DNA from: Mobula hypostoma
Lineage: Eukaryota
NCBI RefSeq assembly: GCF_963921235.1
Contig: NC_086097.1
Location: forward strand, 125,862,001-125,926,000
Reading direction: 5' to 3'
Length of the DNA: 64,000 nt
Under the pieces are notes generated by a model. That model made no database searches. It saw nothing but the letters and a program-made list of their open reading frames with translations, and was not told where the DNA came from. The position numbers and the translations under genes are program-made. Below, in pieces: positions 1 to 11,400 of this stretch (position 1 is the first letter of the stretch; every line of letters starts with the position of its first letter).

Positions 1-319
1 AATGTTTCCAACCTATGCAAGCTGTATTGTAAGTAGTAGAATGATAATGATTGATTCTTAGTGATGCTGCTTTCATTCATAGCATCTGTGATCCTATCTC
101 ACAGCAATATGGGTGTGTTTATGCCAAAAGGAACTCTCTTTCTAATGGACCACAATAAGAACAAAGCTTCAACTGCAGAATTATATTCTATTATTAATTC
201 TATCTGTAATTATATCCTACCAGAAGGCATTACCAGACTAATTTTCCAAGTAATATCACAAAACACCACAAGTGCGTCAGGCCACACTCAGTTGTTCTTG
301 TTCTTTCCCCCACAGAAAG

Positions 320-510
320 GGAAACAAAAACAAGCGCATAATTTAAGGTGAGGGGAAGATTTCAAAGGGACTTGAGAGGCACTTACTTCAAGCAAAGGAT
401 GGGTGAGTATATGGAATAAACTGCCAGAGAAATTAGTTGAGACGAGTACACTTAAAAGGCATTTAGATAACACATGCATAGGAAAGGTTTGGAGGGATAT
501 GGGCAAAAGT
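320..510 (+). mobile_element. Degenerate CR1 LINE 3' fragment
   Basis: Resembles the CR1 ORF2 C-terminus seen elsewhere in the window (IWNKLPEKLVE..LKRHLD versus AWNALPESVVE..FRRLLD). Confidence 0.6.
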
Positions 511-596
511 ACCGATTTGTATGGATTACTCATTTGCTTTCACTTCACCTCAAGAAATGACAACAGTATACTCCAGTCTTGTTCTTTTAAAAAAAA

Positions 597-2950
597 AGAA
601 ACAGTCCATCCCAACACATTTCAAATCATAGTCAGGGACTTCAACCAGGCTTGTTTGAAGAAATCTCTGCCCAACTCCCAACATGGTAGACGACTTTTAT
701 ACCAAGATAAGGAATGCTTACCATTCCATGTTCAGACCACATTTTGGTAAATTGGATCACTTGGCTGTCTTTCTCCTACTTGCACTGAGGTAGAGGCTAC
801 AGAGCAAAGCTCAGAAAATAGAACACCAAAGAGATGGAAACAACAGGAATTCTGCAGATGCTGGAAATTCAAGCAACACACATAAAAGTTGCTGGCGAAC
901 GCAGCAGGCCAGGCAGCATCTGTAGGAAGAGGTGCAGTCGGCGTTTCAGGCCGAGACCCAAAGAGATGGTATGGGAGGCTGGGGAGCTGCTACATGATCA
1001 CTTCGAGTCAGTGGACCGGCCATGTTCAAGAACTCATTTGTGGACCTGAATGAATACACCATGGTTGTCAATGACTTTATTAAAACAGCTGTTAACAAGT
1101 GTGTCCCCACAAAATCATTCAGTCTTCCCCAACCAGAAGCCCCAGATGAACCATGATATCCACAATCTGATGAGGGCCAGGTCAGAGGTATTCAAGTCTG
1201 GTGACCAAGGAAGTTACAAGGAAGTCCAAATATGACCTCCAGAAAGCCATCTCACAGGCGAGGTAGCAATTCCAGACTAAACTTGAATCAACAAAGTATG
1301 CTTGCTAGTTGTGCCAGGACTTAAATACCATCAGCTCTTATAAAGTAAAATCAAGCAAAATAGGTGACAACATGAATTTGCTTCCAGATGAGCTCAATGC
1401 CTTCTATGCTCGCTTTGACTGTCAAAAGATGGAAGAACCATCACAAACTCCCAAAGCCCCCAGTGATCCAGTGATTTCAGTCTCTGATGCTGACATGCAA
1501 ACATCCTTCTGGAGAGTGAACCCATGAAAAGCACCCAGCCAAGAAAAACCTGTGCTGTACAACTAGCTGGAGTGTTCACTGAGATCTTTAATCTTTCGCT
1601 TCAGCAGTCTGAGGTACCCGCCTGTTTCAAGCAGGTTTCAATTATACCCATGCCTACAAAGAAGGCAGTAAGCTGCCTCAATCATTATAATCCAGTAGCA
1701 CTTACATCCAGAGTGATAAAACATATCAACTCCTGCCTCAGGAGTGACGAGGATCATCTCCAATTTGCCTATCAGAACAAGAGGTCCACATCAGTTGCCA
1801 TCTCACTGGCTCTTTACTGAACCCCGGAACATCTGGACAGCAAAGGGGCATACATCAGGGTGCTCGGCATTCAATAATATCATCTCGTCAAAACAAATCA
1901 ATGAGATCCAAGACCTCGGCCTCAGTACCTCCTTGTTCAATTTGATCCTCAATTTCCTCACTTGCAGACCCCAGTCAGTTCAGATTGGCAACGTCTCCTC
2001 CACAATCTCCATCAGCACAGGTGCACTACAAGGCTGTGTGCTTCGCACCCTGCTCTACATGCTTTACACCTATGACTGTGTGGCTAAGCACAGTTCCAAT
2101 CCCATATTCAAGTTTACTGAAGGCACCACGGTCATACATCAAATAAAAGGTGGTGACGAATCAGTATACAGATTGAATGGTGTCATAACACTCAGTGTCA
2201 ACAAGACCAAGGAGCTGATATTTGACTTCAGGTGAAGGAAACCAGAAGTCCATGAGCCACTCCTCATCAGAGGATCAGAGGTGGAGAGGATCAGCAACTT
2301 TAAGTTCCTTGGTGTGATTATTTTAGAGGACCAGCCCTGGGCCCAGCACGTAAGTGCAATTACAAAAAAAGCTTGGCAGCGCCTCTACTTCCTAGGAGTT
2401 TGAAAAGATTCGTGGTGGGGAGTATATTAACTGGCTACATCACAGTGAGGTATGCAGATGCCAATGCCCTTGAATGGAAAATCCTACAAAAAGTAGTGGA
2501 TATGGCCCGGTGCATCATGGGTAAAGCCCTCCCCAGCATTGAGCACATCTACACGAAGTGCTGTCACAGGAAAACAGCATCCATCACATTGCTGTACCAC
2601 CCAGGACACATTATCCACTCACTGCTGCCATCAGGAAGGTGATACAGCAGCCTCAGGACTCTCACCACCAGATTTAGGAACAGTCATTACTCCTCCACCA
2701 TCAGGCTCTTGAAACAAAATTGAAAACTTCACTCAAATTAACTGGCCCCATCATCGAAATGTTCCCACAATCTACTCACTTTCAAAGATTCATCATCTCA
2801 CGTTCTCGATATTTATTGCTTTGTTATTTATTATTATTTTTCTTTTTGTATATGCACAATTTGTTTCTCTTTTGCACATTGGTTGAATGCCCAGGTTGTC
2901 TTTCATTGATTCTATTATGGTTATTATTCTATTATGGATTTATTGAGTAT
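597..2950 (+). mobile_element. Rex1/Babar-type LINE, degenerate (end of APE, RT, 3' UTR); tail resumes at 4453-4526 after a CR1 insertion
   Basis: Frameshifted ORFs with [60 protein letters not shown] motifs; collinear with the Rex copy at 61470-63440. Confidence 0.85.
838..957 (-). mobile_element. Short insertion of a Penelope-like element terminus with 12-bp TSD CCAAAGAGATGG (826-837 / 958-969)
   Basis: Most of it is a near-identical reverse complement of 8384-8469; perfect flanking direct repeat. Confidence 0.85.
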
Positions 2951-4451
2951 AGAACATAGAACATAGAATAGTACAGCACAGTACAGGCCCTTCGGCCCAC
3001 AATGTTGTGCCGACTCTCAAACCCTGCCTCCCATATAAGCCCCCACCTTAGATTCCTCCATATACCTGTCTAGTAGTCTCCTAAACTTCACTAGTGTATC
3101 TGCCTCCACCACTGACTCAGGCAGTGCATTCCACGCACCAACCACTCTCTGAGTAAAAAACCTTCCTCTAATATCCCCCTTGAACTTCCTACCCCTTACC
3201 TTAAAGCCATGTCCTCTTGTATTGAGCAGTGGTGCCCTGGGGAAGAGGCGCTGGCTATCCACTCTATCTATTCCTCTTATTATCTTGTACACCTCTATCG
3301 TGTCTCCTCTCATCCTCCTTCTCTCCAAAGAGTAAAGCCCTAGCTCCCTTAATCTCTGATCATAATGCATACTTTCTAAACCAGCCAGCATCCTGGTAAA
3401 TCTCCTCTGTACCCTTTCTAATGCTTCCACAACCTTCCTATAGTGAGGTGACCAGAACTGGACACAATACTCCAAGTGTGGCCTAACCAGAGTTTTATAG
3501 AGCTGCATCATTACATCGCGACTCTTAAACTCTATCCCTCGACTTATGAAAGCTAACACCCCATAAGCTTTCTTAACTGCCCTATCCACCTGTGAGGCAA
3601 CTTTCAGGGATCTGTGGACATGTACCCCGAGATCCCTCTGCTCCTCCACACTACCAAGTATCCTGCCATTTACTTTGTACTCTGCCTTGGAGTTTGTCCT
3701 TCCAAAGTGTACCACCTCACACTTCTCCGGGTTGAACTCCATCTGCCACTTCTCAGCCCACTTCTGCATCCTATCAATGTCTCTCTGCAATCTTTGACAA
3801 TACTCTACACTATCTACAACACCACCAACCTTTGTGTCATCTGCAAACTTGCCAACCCACCCTTCTACCCCCACATCCAGGTCGTTAATAAAAATCACAA
3901 AAAGTAGAGGTCCCAGAACAGATCCTTGTGGGACACCACTAGTCACAATCCTCCAATTTAAATGTACTCCCTCCACCATCACCCTCTGCCTTCTGCAGGC
4001 AAGCCAATTCTGAATCCACCTGGCCAAACTTCCCTGGATCCCATGCCTTCTAACTTTCTGAATAAGCCTACCGTGTGGAACCTTATCAAATGCCTTACTA
4101 AAATCCATATAGATCACATCCACTGCACTACCCTCATCTATATGCCTGGTCACCTCCTCAAAGAACTCTATCAGGCTTGTTAGACACGATCTGCCCTTCA
4201 CAAAGCCATGCTGACTGTCCCTGATCAGACCATGATTCTCTAAATGCCTATATATCCTATCTCTAAGAATCTTTTCCAACAGCTTTCCCACCACAGACGT
4301 AAGGCTCACTGGTCTATAATTACCCAGACTATTCCTACTACCTTTTTTGAACAAGGGAACAACATTCGCCTCCCTCCAATCCTCCGGTACCATTCCCGTG
4401 GACAACGAGGACATAAAGATCCTAGCCAGAGGCTCAGCAATCTCTTCTCTC
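2948..4451 (-). mobile_element. Young 5'-truncated CR1 LINE with uninterrupted RT ORF (3017..4456, 479 aa) and (TTCTATG)n tail
   Basis: [48 protein letters not shown] motifs; tail reads tagaacatagaacatagaa on the plus strand. Confidence 0.95.
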
Positions 4452-4986
4452 GACAAGAAAATGAATCTCAGGGTTGTACATGGTGACGTACATGTATTTT
4501 GATACTGAATTTATGTTGAACTTTGACATTACCTACTGGCATGCAAAAACTAAATATGATTGTTCCCAGTGAACTGTAAACCTTTCACAGTGCAACAATA
4601 AAAAGTCCCAATATAGGATTGAAAGCATAATACTGCCACAAAATTCATGTACATCGAAATGAGTGTAAAATAATATTTATTTTTCAGGAACAGACTGTTA
4701 GCTCTAAGCCCAAGCATATCACATTCTTGCACCAAGACCCAATCTCAGAGAATGAAAAATGAGAGGAAAAAAGCTGAAAAATATTTCCATCTTGACAAAT
4801 GGCCAATAAACATTGATTTGCAACCTCCACTTAGAAAACAGATTATATTGTTCCAATTTATCAGCAATAAAACTTCAGAAGAGCTTTTTGTAAAATTCCT
4901 AATTACTTATGCATCCAAGAACAGTGACATAAGACCTATACCCAACACATGAACAATCTGTCATCAAACAAACACCTTAATATTTA

Positions 4987-5155
4987 AGCAACACACACAA
5001 AATGCTGGAGGAACTCAGCAGGCCAGGAAGTATCTATGGAAAAAAGCACAGTTGCCGTTTCAGGCTAAAACCGTTCTGCAGGGTCTGCTGAGCTCCTCTA
5101 GCATTTTGTGTGTGTTGCTCGGATTTCCAGCATCTGCACTTTTCTCTTGTTTATG
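4987..5155. mobile_element. Hairpin-forming Penelope-terminus-derived short element
   Basis: Inverted arms agcaacacacacaaaatgctggaggaactcagcag / ctgctgagctcctctagcattttgtgtgtgttgct; imperfect TSD ACCTTAAT(A/G)TTT. Confidence 0.8.
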
Positions 5156-5256
5156 ACCTTAATGTTTTAACACAACTATATTAAAAGAGGTTTATAATCC
5201 TCAACTTCATGTTCATTAAAAACAGCCTGCAAATAACAAAAAAAGTCTTTTCTCAC

Positions 5257-5467
5257 CTTCTTCCTCTTTGGTTTCCTTATTGCTTGTGGGGAAACAGACA
5301 GATACACAAGCATGCAAGACATTACGGTTCCCATCACACCGATTGCTTAGAAATGTATTTAGGGCTTGTGGTGTTTGTTCCAACAGGACAGCCTGTTCAA
5401 GGTTCATCAAGTACTGCCTGGAGGCATCATAATCACATCTCAGTATATGCTGCATTAATGCTTGTTT
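5257..5467 (-). CDS. UBR5: UBR5 coding exon ([27 protein letters not shown]...[13 protein letters not shown]), 211 nt
   Basis: tgcag|AAACAA...GAAG|gtgag; ORF 5216..5455. Confidence 0.95.
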
Positions 5468-8400
5468 CTGCAGAAGACAAAATAAAAGCAGTGACTAATT
5501 ACTGTACATAGGGAAGTTGTACTACAGCGTGCAAAATGGTTTAAACACACATCCATGTAGACTCTACTATAATTCTCATTACTGTTTAACAGCGGATCAG
5601 AGTACAAAACTACCAGCAATCTCAAAAGAATTCAAATTCAACAGTCAAAAAAATAAAAGCAACCAAATTAAGTAATCAAAATATCAGTTAGTGCTCAAAT
5701 GCTTATCCATCCTACAATCACCGGTCAGTTACATTTGGAACAAAACCATTTCTTTGAGAATGCCATAATTTTCTGCTGAAAGGCAGGACGCCTCCTCCAT
5801 AATCAGGGCCCAGGACAAAGCAGACGTCTCCCAGCACAAGGTCCTGACTGCACTAACAACAGCTTTAACAGGCTCATCAGCTAAATTGTCAGAGTAATAC
5901 AGTATGGAAGCAAGACCTTAACATGGAACTGTAAAGGCCTTTCAAACTACAATGTTGTGCTCACCTTTTAACCTGCTCCACTATCATTCAAACCCTTCCT
6001 TTCCATATAGCCCCCCCCATTTTATCTTTCATCCATGTGTCTCTTAAATGTCCTTAATATACTTGCCTCTACCACTATCCCAGCAGCATGATCCACGCAC
6101 TGAGGGAAAAAACCCTGCATCTGACAACCTCTCTATATTTTCCTGCAATCACTTTAAAATTATGCCCTCTTGCATTAGCCAATTCCACCCTGGGAAAAAG
6201 GCACTAGTGGTCCACTCCATCCGTGCCTCTTTTCAGGATCAAGTTATCTCTCATCCTCCTTCACTCCAAACAGAAAACCCCTAGCTCGCTCAGCCATTCC
6301 TCATAAGATATGCTCTCTAATCCAGTCAGCATCCTGGTAAATCTCCTCAGCACCCTCGCCAAAGCTTCTAAATCCTCCCTATAATGAGGCAACCAGAAGT
6401 GAGCACAATACTCCATGCATGTTCTAACCAGTTTTAAAGAGCTCCACCATCACATCGCAGATCTTGAACTCAATCCTCCAATGAATGAAGGCAAATAAGC
6501 CAAATGCAGTCTTAACCACCTTCATCAACTTTTGTGGCAACTTTGAAGAATCTATGGATGTCGACCACAAGAACCCTCTGCTCCTCAGCACTGCTAAGAA
6601 TCCTGCCATCAATTCTGTATTCTGCTTTGAAGTTCAACTTTACAGAGTGTATCACTTCATTCTTGTCCATATTGATCTCTGGCGATCACTACTTAGACCA
6701 CCTCTGCATCCTGTCAATATCTCGTTCTAATCTACAACAACCTTCTACACTGTCCAAAACACCAATTCTCTTGTAATCTGCAAACTTACTCACCCATCTC
6801 TCCACTTCCTCACCCAAGTAATCTATAAAAATCATAGAGAGCAGACATCCCAGAACAGATCCCTGTGAAGCACCACTGGTCACCAACTTCCAGACAGAAT
6901 ACACTCCATCTACTACCACTGCCTGCCTTTTGTGCGAGCTAATTCTGAATCCATGCAATCTATGTTCCGTGCCTATTCTGGTATCTGTCCCCCACTTTTC
7001 CTTTGCTACATCGATGACTGCATTGGCGCTGCTTCCTGCACGCATGCAGAACTCGTTGACTTTATTAACTTTGCCTCCAACTTTCACCCTGCCCTCAAGT
7101 TTACCTGGTCCATTTCTGACACCTCCCTCCCCTTTCTAGATCTTTCTGTCTCTGTCTCTGGAGACAGCTTATCCATTGATGTCTACTATAAGCCTACTGA
7201 CTCTCACAGCTATCTGGACTATTCCTCTTCTCACCCTGTCTCTTGCAAAAACGCCATCCCCTTCTCGCAATTCCTCCGTCTCCGCCGCATCTGCTCTCAG
7301 AATGAGGCTTTTCATTCTAGGACGAGGGAGATGTCTTCCTTTTTTAAAGAAAGGGGCTTCCCTTCCTCCACTATCAACTCTGCTCTTAAACGCATCTCCC
7401 CCATTTCACGTATATCTGCTCTCACTCCATCCTCCAGCCACCCCACTAGGAATAGGGTTCCTCTGGTCCTCACCTACCACCTCACCAGCCTCCGGGTCCA
7501 ACATATTTTTCTCCGTAACTTCCGCCACCTCCAACGGGATCCCACCACTAAGCACATCTTTCCCTCCCCCTCTCTCTCTGCATTCCGCAGGGATCGCTCC
7601 CTACGCAACTCCCTTGTCCATTCTTCCCCCCCATCCCTCCCCACTGATCTCCCTCCTGGCACTTATCCGTGTAAGCGGAACAAGTGCTACACATGCCCTT
7701 ACACTTCCTCCCTCACCACCATTCAGGGACCCAAACAGTCCTTCCAGGTGAGGCAACACTTCACCTGTGAGTCGACTGGGGTGATATACTGCGTCTGGTG
7801 CTCCCGATGTGGCCTTTTATATATTGGCGAGACCCGACGCAGACTGGGAGACCACTTTGCTGAACATCTACGCTCTGTCCGCCAGAGAAAGCAGGATCTC
7901 CCAGTGGCCACACATTTAAATCCACATCCCATTCCCATTCTGACATGTCTATCCACGGCCTCCTCTACTGTAAAGATGAAGCCACACTGAGGTTGGAGGA
8001 ACAACACCTTATATTCCGTCTGGGTAGCCTCCAACCTGATGGCATGAACATCGACTTCTCTAACTTCCGCTAAGGCCCCACCTCCCCCTCGTACCCCATC
8101 TGTTACTTTTTTTTTATGCACACATTCTTTCTCTCACTCTCTTTTTTCTCCCTCTGTTCCTCTGAATATACCTCTTGCCCATCCTCTGGGTCCCCCCCCC
8201 TGTCTTTCTTCCCGGACCTCCTGTCCCATGATCCTCTCATATCCCTTTTGCCTATCACCTGTCCAGCTCTTGGCTCCATCCCTCCCCCTCCTGTCTTGTC
8301 CTATCATTTTGGATCTCCCCCTCCCCCTCCCCCTCCAACTTTCAAATCCCTTACTCACTCTTCCTTCAGTTAGTCCTGACGAAGGGTCTCGGCCTGAAAC

Positions 8401-11400
8401 GTCGACTGCACCTCTTCCTACAGATGCTGCCTGGCCTGCTGTGTTCACCAGCAACTTTGACATGTGTTGTCTGAATCCATGCAACTAAGTTTCCCTGGAT
8501 CCCATAACTCCTGACCTTCTGACTGAGCCAACCATGGGCAATCTTGTCAAACACCTTACTAAAATCCTTACACGCTGTATCTATTGCTCCACTTTCAATT
8601 TCCTCAAAGAATTCAATCAAGCTCAAGAAGCATGAACTGCACCTCAAAGCCATGCTGATTATAATTAACCAGACAATGCTTCTCCAAATACTCATAGATC
8701 TTCTCTGAAAATCCGCTCCAATAGTTTGCCCACCCCTGATGCAAGGCTCAATAGTCTATCATTCCCAGGATTATCCTTTTTTGAACAAAGGAATAGCATT
8801 TACCATTTTCCAACTTTCTAGTAATGCTCCTGTGGCCGGTAAGGATGCAAAGATCATCACCAAAGGCAAGCAATCTCTTCTCTCACTTCCCATTGTAACA
8901 TGGGGTACATCACATCTGGGCTTGAGGAATTATCTATTCTAATGTTTTTCAAAAGTTCCAGTACATCCTCTTTTTTTAAACATGGACATGTACAAGCATA
9001 ATAGCCTGTTCTACACTGTCCTCACATTCGTGAACATCCTCTCACAGGTGAATACTGAAGCAAAGTACTCATTCACCCCTACCTCCTCCAGCTCCAGGCA
9101 CGTTTCCTCTTTTTATCCCTGATTGGTCCTATCCACACTCTAGTCAAAGATTCAAAGGTTCACATCCCTGTGGAATCCCTTGGAGTTTCCTTAAACCTCT
9201 CATGACCCCTTCCAGCTGTCCCAAGTCCCTTCTTATGCTGCTTCCTGGCTACCTCAACTCTCAAAAGGCCTGTCTGATCCTTGATTCCTAAACTGTAAAA
9301 TGTGCTTTTCTTGTCATCCATGGTACCTTCACCCTACCATCCTTTATCTGCTTCAAAGAGGCAAACCTATTCAGAACCCCATGTAAGTGCTCTCTAAACA
9401 ATCTCCACTTTTCCATACGATCCGCTCCTGTCCCTGTCCAAGGTCATGGTGAAGGTCAGAGAATTGTGGTCACCCACTAAGAGGTCTGTCACCCGACCAG
9501 GTTTATTGCCTAGTACTAGATCCAGTATAGCTTCTCGTCTAGTCAGCCTATCCAGATTTTGTGTCAGGCAATCCTTCCCGGACACACCTAACAAATTTCA
9601 CCCTATCCAAACTTTTTGCATTAAGTAAGTGCCAATCAGTATTAGTGAAGTTAAAGTCACTCATGTCAACAATCCTTTTTAGTTTTACACCTTTCCAAAG
9701 TCTGCCTCCTGATTTGTTCCTCATCATCTCTGTTGCTCTTTGGGGGGTGGGGGGGGAGTATCCGTAGAACAGAGTGAATGCTTCATTCCTGTTTCTGATC
9801 TCTGACTTCTACCCACACTGAAACAGTGGACAACCCCTTCACGACACCCTCACATTCTGCAGTTGTGGTGCTCTGATTAGCAATACCACTCCCCCAGCTC
9901 TTTTACCTCCCTCCCTGTCCCCTTTGAAACATTTAAACCCCAAAACATGCAGTAGCCATTCCTGCTGTTGTGGCAGCCAAGTCACCAACATCGTAGTTTC
10001 ATGTACTGACCCATTCGTTAAGTTGCTTAACCCTTGTTCCTGATACTCCTCACATTAGACACATTCCAACGTATCCAACTGTCTGCATCTATGCCCTATT
10101 CACTGCCTGTCCTTCCTCACAGCCTCTCCACACACTGCATCCATCTCTACACCATCTACTCCGTATTCTGTCCTATAATCAGGATCCCATGTCGTTGCCA
10201 ACCTAGATTAAACCCTCCCCAATTGCTCTAACAAACCTGCCCACAAAATATTTGTCCCCTTCAAGTTTATGTGTAACACATACCTTTTGTGCAGGTCACA
10301 CTTTCTCCAGAACAGCGCCCAATGATCCACACATCAGAAATCTTACCTTGATGCACCAATTCTTCAGCTACACATTCACCTACAATATCGCCCTATTCTT
10401 ACCCTCACTGATGTGTGGCACAGACTGCCATCCAGAGATTACTACTATTGAGATCCTGATTTTTAGAACCTATCTAGCTCCCTATATTTGTTTTTCAGGA
10501 CCTCGCCCCCCCCCCCCTTCCTACCTATGTCAATAGCACCAATGTGTACCACAACTTCTGGCTGCTCACCCTGACCCTGACATCTGAACGGCAACATACC
10601 GTCTATGAATTTTATTGAAGTTTCTTTCTCAAAGCAGACTTACATTGCACTGTTCATCGTCAAGGATGCAAATGAAAATGAAATATCAAGGTTCTTAAAC
10701 TGCTCACAAATTAGAGCCACATCTCTCAAAATTACAAATTTAAAAGGCATTATGAACAGATTCCCACTAATTGTTGCACAACACTTTCATTACTTCTACA
10801 AAAAAGTCAAAACTACTATGCTCCAGCCAGCTTTGCTCCTTATCAAGCCTTCCAACATTTTTGATCCTTCAATGTAATTAATCAAAACTACTTAAATAAA
10901 ATACCATATGATTCCATTACTAAAGTGCATCTACACGGCCTGGTCCAAGTATCCCACTTCCCAAAGTTTGCTTTTCAACCAAAAATTATATTTAATCATA
11001 TTGCCCAACATTTGCTTTACTGATTGGAGTGTTAAGTTAATAAAGTCAATGGGAATGAACCTCAGACTCCGATAAATTAAACTTAATAAACCTACCTCTA
11101 CTGTCATTACAATAACAGCTGCTTTCTTTTTAAGAGATGAATTTGCAGGAAGATTTGTTAAGGAATGAATACCCATTCCAAGACTAGTAATTGGTGGAAG
11201 ATCTAACCAGTCAGGATCACGGATTCCACCCATACAGTCTTTAGCCATTGGGTAGATTGTGCCATTTCCATCCCTGAGGATGATAGGAGATTCCTAGAAA
11301 TAACAATATAAGCAATGAGAAACACGCACTCAAGTAAGGTAAACAAATGATCTGCACATTTTTCCAGAATTGGTAAAATTTATAGGTGATTCGGGTCATA

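Larger units (their letters stand above)
5920..10590 (-). mobile_element. Older degenerate CR1 LINE split by a Penelope insertion at 6959-8469
   Basis: Broken RT and APE motifs ([40 protein letters not shown]). Confidence 0.85.

Noticed and set aside
3614..4486. Recurrent ORFs antisense to CR1 RT (also 14121-14690 and 44294-44889)
   Set aside because: These are shadow frames of a repeated RT sequence. Recurrence reflects copy identity, not independent genes.
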